From: Azolla caroliniana
Lineage: Eukaryota > Plantae > Polypodiophyta
Assembly: GCA_043228905.1 (NCBI GenBank)
Contig: JBHGNT010000007.1
Location: 19,530,001-19,594,000, forward strand
Length of the DNA stretch: 64,000 nucleotides
Reading direction: 5' to 3'
Positions within the stretch are counted from its first letter, which is position 1; the number at the start of each line of letters is the position of its first letter. The notes under the pieces were generated by a model that did not search any database, was not told the DNA's origin, and saw only the letters and a program-made list of their open reading frames with translations. This document shows, piece after piece, positions 11,677-22,500 of this stretch. Both the position numbers and the translations under genes were made by a program.

Positions 11677-14600
11677 TTCCGGATTCGTGACTCCGGACCT
11701 AGCAATGCTCAGGTGGATCACGTACATCAAGTCCCTGAATCCAAAGATTCGGCACATAGCGGGAAAAGACAACACCAAAGCCGATATCCTTTCGAGAGCA
11801 CGGTTCAAGAAGGAGGACGACATAGTTTTGGAAGACGAAGAGTCGGCTCAAATGTCGGTAGATGGACGAAGCATTCTGACCCTGAACGAGTTCGACGAGA
11901 ACAACTACGACAGGGAGTGGCTTCGAATTGGGAGGTTCTTAAGCATGATGGTGATGGACGCATCGTGGATGAAGAAGGAAGCGGTTCGAATCCAGAAAAA
12001 GGCATATCAGTTCTTCCTACGAAACGGTAAGATATGGAGGCACCCGAAGAAACGAACCGGCTCACCACTCCGCGTAGTGACAAAGGAAGAAGAACAGTCG
12101 GTGCTCTTGTTAGAGTTCCATGAGAGCCCTTGGTCCTGACATCGAGGCACATGGGCCATGTTCCAGAAGCTAAAGGAGAAGAGCTGGTGGTCGGGGATAT
12201 ATCAAGACATGCACCACTTCATGATGACATGCGAGAGTTGTCAGATGCATTCCAGAATCTGGCACCGAGACGAGTTACGCCCGACCTAGCCACCAGCTAT
12301 ACACTTCAAGTGGACAGTCGACTTGGTGATGATGTCTATGGGGGTAGGACAGATGCCGTATCTGGTGCTTGCACGGGAGAACCTGACGAACCAGGTGGAG
12401 GGACAAGCGTTGACAAACCAAACGACCGCAGTTGTGCGTTGATTATTGATAGAGGATGTCATCTACGGGTGCGTGGGAAAGATTGTGGTTGATCAGGGAG
12501 AGCTGGACGCGCAGGACGCGCAGGACTCATGTTCGGGCAGAAGCCGGTCATGTCAGTGGAAAGGACAATCTCTTCGTGGTTGCCGGACGACTGGACGGCG
12601 GAGATGAGTCGAGAGGAGATGTTGGTAGCAAGGATCCAACAACTTGAGCAACGGCAAGAGTGGAGGAAGTACGAAAGAAGAACAAGGGCCGGTTCGAGAC
12701 TACGGTTGAAGAAGATCGAGGAAGGTGATTGGGTGTTGATCTACGACCACAGCCTTGATAATCAGCACCGGTCGACCCGGAAGTTCACGAGGCAGTGGTT
12801 CAGGCCTTCCGTGGTGACGATCGTCAACAACAACGTGACATACCATTTAGCCAAGCTTGACGGGGTGAGGATAGCAATACCGGTTGTCGGAAACCAGGTA
12901 CCGGCCTTCAAGAAGCATCATGAAGCCAGACCGAATCCAGAGGAAGAGACCAGAAGCACGAACAAGAACGAGGAGCCAGAGTTGGATAAGGATCGGACCG
13001 ACGACGGATTGGGGGAGGATGAGTAAAGATCAACCCGGAATCCCCACCGCTTCACTACTTGGCCGATGCCAGAGGATGTGCGGTTTGGTGGGGGTGGATG
13101 TCGTGGGGAAATCCGGCTACGAGGAGAAAAGGGGCCAGATGTGTGTGAACGCGGTTGTGCAAGGATGCACACGAGAATTTCCTTATGTACAAACATATGT
13201 AAATAACATAGGAGTCCCATGGTTGTTTATGTACCCGTATTTAACTTTTAAATACGTATAGTACCTCATGATTTGTATAGTATGTACTATACCTCAATGT
13301 TGTTCAGTCAAATATCATGTACATTTGTCCATACGGTATTTAACGTACAATTGAAAAACCAGGAATAATACGTATTTATAAAAAAATGTAAGTAAAACCC
13401 CAACAAAAAGTAAAAGAAAAAACAGATTTTATGTACCCGTATTTAACGTTTAAATACTTATAGTATCTCATAATTTGTATAGTACATACTATACCTCAAT
13501 GTTGTTCAGTCAAATATCATGTACATTTGAAAAAACAGGTATAATACGTATTTATAAAAAAATGTAAGTAAACCCCAACAAAAAGCAAAAGAAAAAACAA
13601 AATTTAATGAAAAAGAAGCAAAAAGAAGGAAGAAAGAAGAATAAAAGAGATGACGACGACGAAGAAGAGAGAAAAGAAGACAGAAACCTATCTTGAGTGT
13701 GATAATCGTAGACTATTCCTCAATCTATGAAGACATAATTGTAAATAATTACAATTTGAAGTAGAACATCATGATACACACACTAATTTATAGAATAAGT
13801 GAATGTCGACATTCATATTATAAGTATTTTAGGGTGTGAAATGTTCAAATGTCTTATATGCATTTTAGGATGTAGAACTATAATGTACATCACAAAATTG
13901 TGTAAACATAAATGCTTTTTACAATATTACAAATATTTTTTAGAAAGGTAAATAATTTTCAAATTCTAGAAGTATTTAATGTACTATACGTAAAATATGT
14001 ATTTTATAAGTATTTAACATATTAGAAAACGTATTTAATGTATTTTTAAATTGGGAGGTACTATATGTGTATTAATACGTTATATACGTATGGTATCAAT
14101 ACCGTATCTAACGTACTTAACAACCATGCATAGGACTGATAAGTACTAGGTAGTAGGATTTGATCGGTACTTTAATGTCCCATGAAAGAGAGGAATAAAA
14201 ATTAGTTTAGTAGGAGGAAATCCGGGGAGAATCTCTGAAAGCAACTATTGTCTTTACTCATGATGTAACGACCTCCCCTTGTCTATAAAAGGGGAGGTTT
14301 GAGCTTGTTTGAGCAATCCACGTTTTGGAGAACGAAGTGTTGCCGGCCCGAGCTCTGCAAGCTTCCTTCCTATTCTCTGTTTTTCGGATTTCCCTGTCGT
14401 TGTGCTACGAGGCCTCCGCTTCGCACTGGTAGCCTGTGTGCTCCCGATCAGGGGCTTGCTAGTTTCTATGTGTGTGTTTATAGCGAGCTCGAAGCTCTTT
14501 TATCGGCCGCGACCAGTTGTAATCTTTCCTGTTTTCTCTGTTAATCGTTAGTCCACGGAGTCTCTCTATGTGTTTTGGGGTTTCCCGTGTTCTTTTCCCT

Positions 14601-14680
14601 GATCTATTCCTGTTGTGTTGCGTATCCGAGCGAGTGAGGCCAAGAGCTCATCGTTGCCAATCGGCATCTGGTTCGGAACA
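11677..14680 (+). mobile_element. Gypsy 3' remnant (RNase H end, integrase, PPT, LTR ~13099-14680), same lineage as 2403-8464
   Basis: TPDLAMLRWITYIKSLNP matches the first element. Decayed integrase, purine tract GGTGGGGGTGGA, then TGTCGTG LTR start. LTR end is approximate. Confidence 0.75.
13218..14128. mobile_element. hAT-type MITE, copy 2, inserted in a Gypsy LTR
   Basis: CATGGTTGTT...AACAACCATG TIR. High similarity to 1460-2304. Internal ~200-bp tandem duplication. TSD not cleanly adjacent. Confidence 0.8.
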
Positions 14681-14889
14681 ATACATGTTTCTAAGTCCAT
14701 GTGCTCACTGTCCGGCATCCGGGAATCGATCTAGACCATATACGTGATCAGTAACTGATCCGGTGAAGATATCCAGACACAGATCCGGACAACCTTCCTA
14801 CTCTCACCAGCTCCTTAGTCTGAGACCCCCGTGTTCCCACCCCGTTTCAACACATCCATGTGGAAATCCGCGACACTGTTTTTCACCCT

Positions 14890-17125
14890 AGGCCTTGGAT
14901 GAGAAGGAATAACGCTTTGGAACTTGTGCATACGGACATATGCCAAGTTGATGCAAAGTCACATGCCGGTGCACAATATTTTGTGACCTTCATAGATGAC
15001 TACAACTAGAAGTTGTGGGTCTCCACACTGAAGACAAAGGACCAGGTGTTGTCCATCTTCAAAGAATTCCTGGAAAGAGTAGAGAGAGAATCCAGACGAA
15101 AGATGAAGTCCGTTCGGATAGACAAAGGAGGAGAATACTGAGGGCAAATCGAGGAATATTGTTGGTCTCAAGGTATCCGACTAGAATATATAGTGCCGAA
15201 AACTCCAGAACTAAATCGAATGTCTGAAAGGATGAACCAGACCGTGATGCAGAGGGTTCGATGTATGTTGGCACATGCTAAGTTGCCGAAAACCTACTAG
15301 GTTGAGGCTTTGAAGAAGATTGTCTACATGATTAACAGGTCTCCCTCAGTTCCCTTAGAAGGTGACACACCACAAAGGGTGTGGTCCGGCAAGGAGGTGT
15401 CATACCGGCATCTGAGGGTGTTCGGTTGCCTAACCTATGTGCATATAGCCAAGGACTAGAGGGGGAAACTTGATCCCAAGAGCCGACCGTGTCTATGTCT
15501 CGGCTACGGTGAAGATGAATTCGGTTACTGGCTATGGGACCTGATAGACAAGAGGGTTATCAGGCGCTGAGATATCACCGACTGGGAGACAGAGAAGAAG
15601 GAATCATCCTCTCGGTCGACCGACAAATAGAGAGTAGTTGGATAAAACAAGTACCCATTCGGTCGGAAGCTAGATGCTAACCAAAGAACAAAGCGGACCA
15701 GCCGGATTCGAGCAAGGAACCGAATTGACCGAAAGAGAACCAGAATGTTGCCTACCACTTGAGGACCAAGCACATCCAGAGAAGATACCATTGGCTCCGG
15801 GAAAAGGTTGAAGAGAGCGTCATTGCTCTAATGAAGATCCACATGGAGGAGAACGGATCAGACATACTAACAAAGGTGTTGTCAGCAGAGAAGGTGGATG
15901 TGTGTCGAAGACAGGTCAGACTGACTAAGCACCCCATGCCAAAGTGAAGGGGGAGTTTGTTGGCAAATAGGTCCCTACGGATGGGAAGAGCACCAGCTGG
16001 ATCAGACTAGTTCAGAGGAGAGAACCGGATGAAGACCAACAAGGGACGGATAGGATGGATCCGAAAGGTATCCGGCCGGCCCCAAAGATGCATCCAGAGA
16101 AGGACATATCTGTAAATATGTTTTGTTACGCCTATTGAGGCTACATTTGTAAATAGCCCTAAAGCTATATTAGTATAAATATAACTAGGGAAAATTTTAG
16201 TATATACATATTGTTGTTGTAAGTAAGGGAGTGTGAGTGAGAGTAGTTTCTCTATAGTAATCGTTGTTTGATGAGGAAGAGCTCAAGGTTAGTGCCTTGA
16301 AGTCTCTTGTTGTATTCCTCTCGTATCATAGTGACTTACTTTGGAGTCTGTGGGCTCACGTGGTTTTCCCCACTTAGGGTTTCCACGTTAACATCCTACG
16401 TCGTTTTGTCTCTAAGTGAGTGTGTGCAATATTTAGATTTTCTATCTTGTGCTTGAATCTCGGTTGTTGCCGAGACCCATTTACATCAAACTGGTATCAG
16501 AGCGAAGGTTCATTACCTTCAAGCAAAAGAAAATGGAAGACCCATTTGGCAGAATCTTCAAGCTAACCAGCTCCAACTACTTAGCGTGGAAGTCGAAGAT
16601 GAGAGACATGTTGGTATGCAGAGATCTCTAATTGCTGATGCAGTTCGGAAATAAAAGGCTTGGCAAGATTGATGCATCGACTTGGGAAGTTTTGCATCTG
16701 AAGGCATTGGCATACATAAGGTATTTTATAGACATAAGTTTATACAACAACTTTAACGAGGAGATAGAAGCGGATGTCCTCTAGAAGAAGATCGACGCAA
16801 TGTTTGAGAACAAGAATGTCGTAAACAGGGTCTTAGTCTTTTAAAAGATTGTTAGTCTCCGGTATCAAGATGGCTCCAGCATGGTGGAGCATTTGAACGT
16901 CTTCCAAGGACTGATGAGGAAGAGCTCAAGGTTGTTGCCTTGGAGTCTCTTGTTGTATTCCTCTCGTATCATAGTGACTTACTTTGGAGTCTGTGGGCTC
17001 CTGTGGTTTTCCCCACTTAGGGTTTCCACATTAACATTATGCGTCGTTTTGTCCCTAAGTGAGTGTGCAATATTCTATTTTCTATCTTGTGCTTGAATCT
17101 CGATTGTGACCGAGACCCATTTACA
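14890..17125 (+). mobile_element. Decayed Copia: integrase/RNase H, PPT, LTR 15958-16485, PBS 16492-16503, gag start, partial LTR ~16911-17125
   Basis: YFVTFIDD, RSDKGGEY, RTKHIQRRYHWLRE, PPT AAGTGAAGGGGGAG, TGGTATCAGAGC, gag KLTSSNYLAWKSKMRDML. LTR 3' part repeated. Confidence 0.8.
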
Positions 17126-17401
17126 TGTTGAAGGTCTTCTCCGCTCATCTCGTTTTCCCACGACATTGCTATAAATGATGTGATCATTCACTCGATGGGC
17201 ATCACCGGCTTTTGTATGTACATGAACTCAGCTAGCATTAACCCTATCATGGAGCTTTACATGGTTTTGTCAACCCACAAAGCATAAGATAATGATCATG
17301 GCAGTTCTTGGCTTGCCCTTCACAGGCTCTTATGATGGCTTTGACTAGAGGCCAGTATTCGTGCTCTATCTACCTGTTAGCCTCTGGTTGTAACTTGTAA
17401 G

Positions 17402-17782
17402 CATAGTTCCTAATATTAGCATACGTCCAATTTGGTGGTCGTACGCAAACGTTTGCATACGTCCGTGTATGATACACGACATTTGTTTGGAATTTTTTTT
17501 CCTTTGGGTATTTTTTAGTTTTTTTTTTCTGATATTCATAATTCATTGCAAACAGAAGTGACGCATGACACACACACACACCCCCTCTCTCTCACACTAG
17601 AACTGACAGATCTCTCTCTACAGAATCCAATACACACACTCAAGGACTGACAGAGCTTCTCTCTCCCTCACATAAACAAAACCCTTAGCTCCTCGCTCTC
17701 TCTCTCTCTCTCTAGACATACACTCAGCCACTGTCTTCTCACACATGCAAAACAGGGCTTCTCTCTCTAGACAACACACACA

Positions 17783-17829
<47 letters not shown>

Positions 17830-17991
17830 GCACACACACACACTATGTAGTATGTACACCGTATGTATATATGATTATATCTATGTACCGTGTTTGGATT
17901 TCAATCATACTCGAAGCCTTTTCACGTATGAGTATGATACCAATATTGGCGTATAAGTATGGCACGAATGGGACGTATGGCTAGAACTATG
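17402..17991. mobile_element. hAT-type MITE (third element, different internal sequence)
   Basis: CATAGTTC...GAACTATG termini with inner CATACGTCC/GGACGTATG. 8-bp flanks CTTGTAAG/GTTGTAAG (7/8). Confidence 0.7.
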
Positions 17992-19638
17992 GTTGTAAGT
18001 AATCATGAGGGAGAGCTTTACTACGAGTCATTGAAAGATATCTATGGCTTCATGAGCATTCAGCTCCCGTCTATTTGTCACTATCTTTCCCACACAATCG
18101 TACCAACAGATGATGTCTTCGTGTAAGAATTTACAAACCTGAGGTAATGGAGAAGGATTTTTCTATTATGTATTTGTTGTCGAGGAGAGAAATAGAGAAT
18201 CACATTGGGCATATTGATCTTCTAGTACGATAATAAATTCTATCTCTCTATACATTTTCTCCACAATATTTGAGGAGGATGTAAAGCACATATACAAAAC
18301 ACTTCAAAACTTAAAATAATTGAGGGTCTAAGTTGTGACATACTTTCACATGTACTTCATGAAAAGATTATATTGATTTTCCAAAGACAAAAATAAAATC
18401 TATCCCTTCAAAACTTTCCAAAGAGATTTTTTAAAAATTCAAAATGTAGACAAAGATAGCAATGAATGGCAATACCGTGATTTTCTCACTGCTAACAGAA
18501 CTCACAAAAAGGCAAACAAATGATAGACGCTAATGGTCAACAACAAAGAGCAAAATCTAGAAAGGAATTTCCTCTCCACTAACATGGTTATGCAAGAAAG
18601 GTGAAGAAAAGGAAAAAAGGGAAACACAAATTCTGTTGTATTAACATGGTGAAGAAAACAAGAAGGTAGAGCGTGAAACAACAAAAAAGCAAATTCTGGT
18701 CCTAGTAATAGTCTAATAGACTCTTAAGTCTACATCCTCAAGCATAATGTTGTACTCAATACATCATGTATAATATTCAAGAAACTTGTCATTCATTTGA
18801 CATTTGTTCTGAATAATTTATTCTATAAATTTTAATCCTAGGGCTGAAGTTCTGCGATCAAATTTCTATAATGTCGATAGACTTACTCATGAGACTTTTG
18901 TGCCAACATAGACTTAGTCTCTATCACCGTCTCCACAATATCTTCATATTCGGTAGCATCTTTCTTGTTTGTTTTTGTAAGAAAGCAAAGCATTAACACA
19001 ATCATGACACTATCAATGTCATAATCATCCCCAACTACATTTTTCTCACAACGATAGCAACATATGATGTCTTCTCATGATCAATACATTATTGTCATTT
19101 GAAATTTTCACAAATTTCACCACTACCACAACCATCGACAAGCATCAACCCGCTTCTTGTTGTCGTGTCAGACATCATAGCATATATCGACGATTCTCTT
19201 TGTAATTATTCGTAGTGACCATGAAACTTCATGTGCAAATAGTCTCGTAAAGCTCTCTGAACAAGATTTGTAGTGAGCCAAAGAACATCGTAGAATTGAG
19301 GGCAAAGCATTCCGATACAGTTTCTCTCTCTATAGCTTTTCAAAAACTTTTGAATTAAAGACCATTCCTTGATACCAAAGTCAATCCTTTTTAGCAGACC
19401 TTCCAAACATATCACTTTCATCTTCTACTTCATTCTTCTCATGCCTATATAACCTCCCCTGTTTCTCTACTGTTCTCACATGACATATGTAAAGCCTTGC
19501 TCTGTTTCTTTCATATCTCCTTTCTTCTCAATTGACTAGCATTTCTGCCACCTCTCACATCCATATCACCACCACCATTACTTCAGATAACATATATCTA
19601 GATTCATCATCACAAGAAGAGTAAAGATACATGTACAG

Positions 19639-21777
19639 ATGTTTCAAACTACTCCTTTGCATCTATCCACTTTAAGCATGGTTAGACCCATCAACATCAC
19701 CATCACCATTACTAGTACTCTCTATTACATTCTTTTTCTCCTATCTTCTCTTGGACTGCCACGAACCTCCGATTCTTGTACGATAGGAGATGCCGATGCC
19801 CTTCTCCAATTCATGAATTCTGTGAACATAACATCTCTCAAGAAGGGTTGGAGCTTAAGCAACAGCAATGGGAGCTGTTGTGATTGGGAAGGTGTGAGTT
19901 GTGATGCTGTTTCTGCACAGATTGTGGGCATTTCTCTCTCCAGCAAAGGTCTATATGGGAGGTTATCTCAAGGATTAGCCAACATTCCATCTCTCCAAGT
20001 TCTCGATGTTTCGAATAATGACTTATATGGGCCTCTCCCACAAGACCTCTCAACACTCTCATCCCTTCACACTCTTGATGTCAGTAGCAACAATTTTTCA
20101 GGCCAGCTCTCTGATGTATTAGTGAATTTCAGCTCTTTGCAAGTGCTTGACCTCTCTACCAATGGATTCTATGGTAGCCTGCCTTCCTCTTCTTTAAAGA
20201 ATTTGAGCCTCTTGAGCCTATTCCTAGCAAGCAACAATGATTTAAGTGGAGATTTGCCACTCACCCTATGCCAAACTGCCCCACTCCTTCAAGAGATGGA
20301 TCTATCCTCTAACCATTTCTCAGGAACAATCTCAAAAGGTATTGGACTTTGTGGCTCTCTCCAAGTATTACATCTTGGTAACAACAACTTGGTGGGTAAT
20401 CTACCCCAAGATCTCTATAACCTAACCTCATTAACAATGCTTCGCCTCACACATAACCATTTCGATGGTGAACTAGATAATGCTATTGGCAACCTAATCA
20501 ATCTCTCTTATTTGATGTTGGGTTCAAACAACTTCACTGAACAACTTCCCTCAAACCTCTCCTCCTGTACAAACCTTAAGATATTCACCGCAAACACAAA
20601 CAAATTCAATGGTTCATTGGATGTTGTCCGATTCAATCAATTCCCAATGCTGGAAAATCTAGATCTCAATACCAATGCTTTTGTCGGGTCAATCCCATCG
20701 TCGTTAACTGAGTGTGCGGCCCTCAAGAGCATAAACCTTGCGAGCAACAAACTTTCGGGGGAGATCCCATCGTCTTTGTATCGATTGAAGAACCTAACCA
20801 CAATCTTTCTAACAAGCAACAACCTTAATGGGAGCATAAGATCACTAGATGGGAGCGAGCATCTGGTGAGTGTGATCTTATCCAATAATGTGTTCAACGA
20901 GACACTACCCGATAGGATGCAAGGGGTAACTAATGTACAAGTGTTGGCCCTCGGAGACATCCGTCTCTTTGGTTCCATTCCAGAGTGGTTAAAGAATTGC
21001 ACAAAACTACAAGTGCTTGACCTTTCATGGAACCACCTAACTGGATCGATCCCGCCATGGATAGGTTCCTTTCCACATCTTTTCTATTTGGACTTATCGA
21101 GCAACTCTTTCTCCGGAAGTATACCGCCCCAGCTTTTCTCATTGCCAGCGCTAATAAATCCCGATAACAACCTAACGGGATTGCAATCGGTGGTTAGCAA
21201 CTTCGCCATAGAACAAAAACTTGACGCCCTACCGCTACAATCCACACAAGTTCCAAGTTTTCCACTATCGATTAACCTTTCCCACAATCAACTGCAAGGG
21301 TCTATACCTTCACAAGCTAGTGCTTTGATCATGGTTTTATACATGGATTTGAGTTTCAACAATTTGTCGGGAAACATCCCACAAGCGGTCGGTGATATGA
21401 CCAATCTACAAAGCCTTGATTTATCACACAACTCTCTCACTGGCAAAATACCTTCGTCATTGACAAACCTCATTTCCCTAGCTTATTTCAACGTTTCGTA
21501 CAATCAATTGGAGGGTTCAATACCTCTCGGCAATAGATTCTCGACGTTTTCTAGTGAAAGTTATGAAGGAAACCCGAGACTGTGTGGTGCTCCTTTACCC
21601 TTTCCATGTGAGAATGATGTCAATCCCAACTCCTCTTCAAGCAAGATAGAAAGCTTGATTATAGCCACTGATATTCTTGAGCCAATTGGTGTGGTTATTG
21701 GTTATGTTGCAGTGCTAGTGGGTTGGTTAACTTGGAAGCTTAATAAAGTTAACCTTAATAGGAGAAAGATGGGATAA
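19639..21777 (+). CDS. LRR receptor-like protein (PSKR/RLP2-like ectodomain, no kinase), copy 1
   Basis: 712-aa intronless ORF: signal peptide, CCDWEGVSC N-cap, plant LxxLxLxxNxLxGxIP repeats, island region, YEGNPRLCGAPL C-cap, TM helix, short basic tail. Confidence 0.93.
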   Translation: MFQTTPLHLSTLSMVRPINITITITSTLYYILFLLSSLGLPRTSDSCTIGDADALLQFMNSVNITSLKKGWSLSNSNGSCCDWEGVSCDAVSAQIVGISLSSKGLYGRLSQGLANIPSLQVLDVSNNDLYGPLPQDLSTLSSLHTLDVSSNNFSGQLSDVLVNFSSLQVLDLSTNGFYGSLPSSSLKNLSLLSLFLASNNDLSGDLPLTLCQTAPLLQEMDLSSNHFSGTISKGIGLCGSLQVLHLGNNNLVGNLPQDLYNLTSLTMLRLTHNHFDGELDNAIGNLINLSYLMLGSNNFTEQLPSNLSSCTNLKIFTANTNKFNGSLDVVRFNQFPMLENLDLNTNAFVGSIPSSLTECAALKSINLASNKLSGEIPSSLYRLKNLTTIFLTSNNLNGSIRSLDGSEHLVSVILSNNVFNETLPDRMQGVTNVQVLALGDIRLFGSIPEWLKNCTKLQVLDLSWNHLTGSIPPWIGSFPHLFYLDLSSNSFSGSIPPQLFSLPALINPDNNLTGLQSVVSNFAIEQKLDALPLQSTQVPSFPLSINLSHNQLQGSIPSQASALIMVLYMDLSFNNLSGNIPQAVGDMTNLQSLDLSHNSLTGKIPSSLTNLISLAYFNVSYNQLEGSIPLGNRFSTFSSESYEGNPRLCGAPLPFPCENDVNPNSSSSKIESLIIATDILEPIGVVIGYVAVLVGWLTWKLNKVNLNRRKMG

Positions 21778-21801
21778 GATTGGCCTAGAGGAAGTCTCAA
21801 A

Positions 21802-21897
21802 CTGATCTTCTTGAGCCAATTGGTATGGTTGTTGGTTATGTGGGAGTGCTAGTGGGTTGGTTAACTTGGAAGCTTACTAGGAGAAAGATTGGATAAG
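21802..21897 (+). repeat. Tandem duplicate of RLP TM and C-terminal coding segment
   Basis: Reads TDLLEPIGMVVGYVGVLVGWLTWKLTRRKIG*, repeating 21667-21777 and matching the end of copy 2. Confidence 0.85.
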
Positions 21898-22123
21898 AGG
21901 GGCCTAGAGAATGTCTCAAAGTTTGTCTCCTTTATCTTCACTAAGATGATGAATTTTTATGAATGGGGGAGAAAAAGGATCCATCCAAAGTTGGACCTTC
22001 TCTTTTTCTTTATGGCCATGAAGGACATCCAAAGTTGGTTGATGCTTGTTTAACCGAACGTTTTGTGGCTCTTATGTAACAAACCATATTCTTCAAACAT
22101 TTCTATACACATTTTGTGTAAAT

Positions 22124-22500
22124 TGTTATGTATGTGTGTCCCTCCTGACAAGGGGAAGACGGCTGAAAGGTCATAAGTTGGCCAACAGGTTGATTGTGGG
22201 TCGGATGGCCGGAATCATCCAAGAGGCCGAATGTGGGTTAGATGGCTGAAAATGACTAGAAGGCCGAAAATAGGCATATATAAATGAATCTAGGTTAGGG
22301 CAACGTTATGAAGTGAATAGACACAAGTGAAAGCGTGTGAGAGAAAAATAGAGAACATGAGAGAGACAGAGAGAAACTGTACTGGTCATAGGGCTCCCAT
22401 TGTTTTTCCCTAATTTAGGGTTTCCACGTAATTCTTGTGTCTCTATTTGTGGTTGTGTTTTTAGGTTTATTTTGTGTTGTCTTGAACCCTAATCCCATCA
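22124..22500 (+). mobile_element. Probable Copia solo LTR in the RLP 3' region
   Basis: TG...CA, flanks TAAAT/TACAT (4/5), TTTAGGGTTTCCACGT motif. Absent from the homologous 3' region of RLP copy 2 (~63080). Confidence 0.65.

Noticed and set aside
18000-19450. Possible decayed coding or LINE sequence upstream of RLP copy 1
   Set aside because: No recognisable domain, poly-A tail or TSD.
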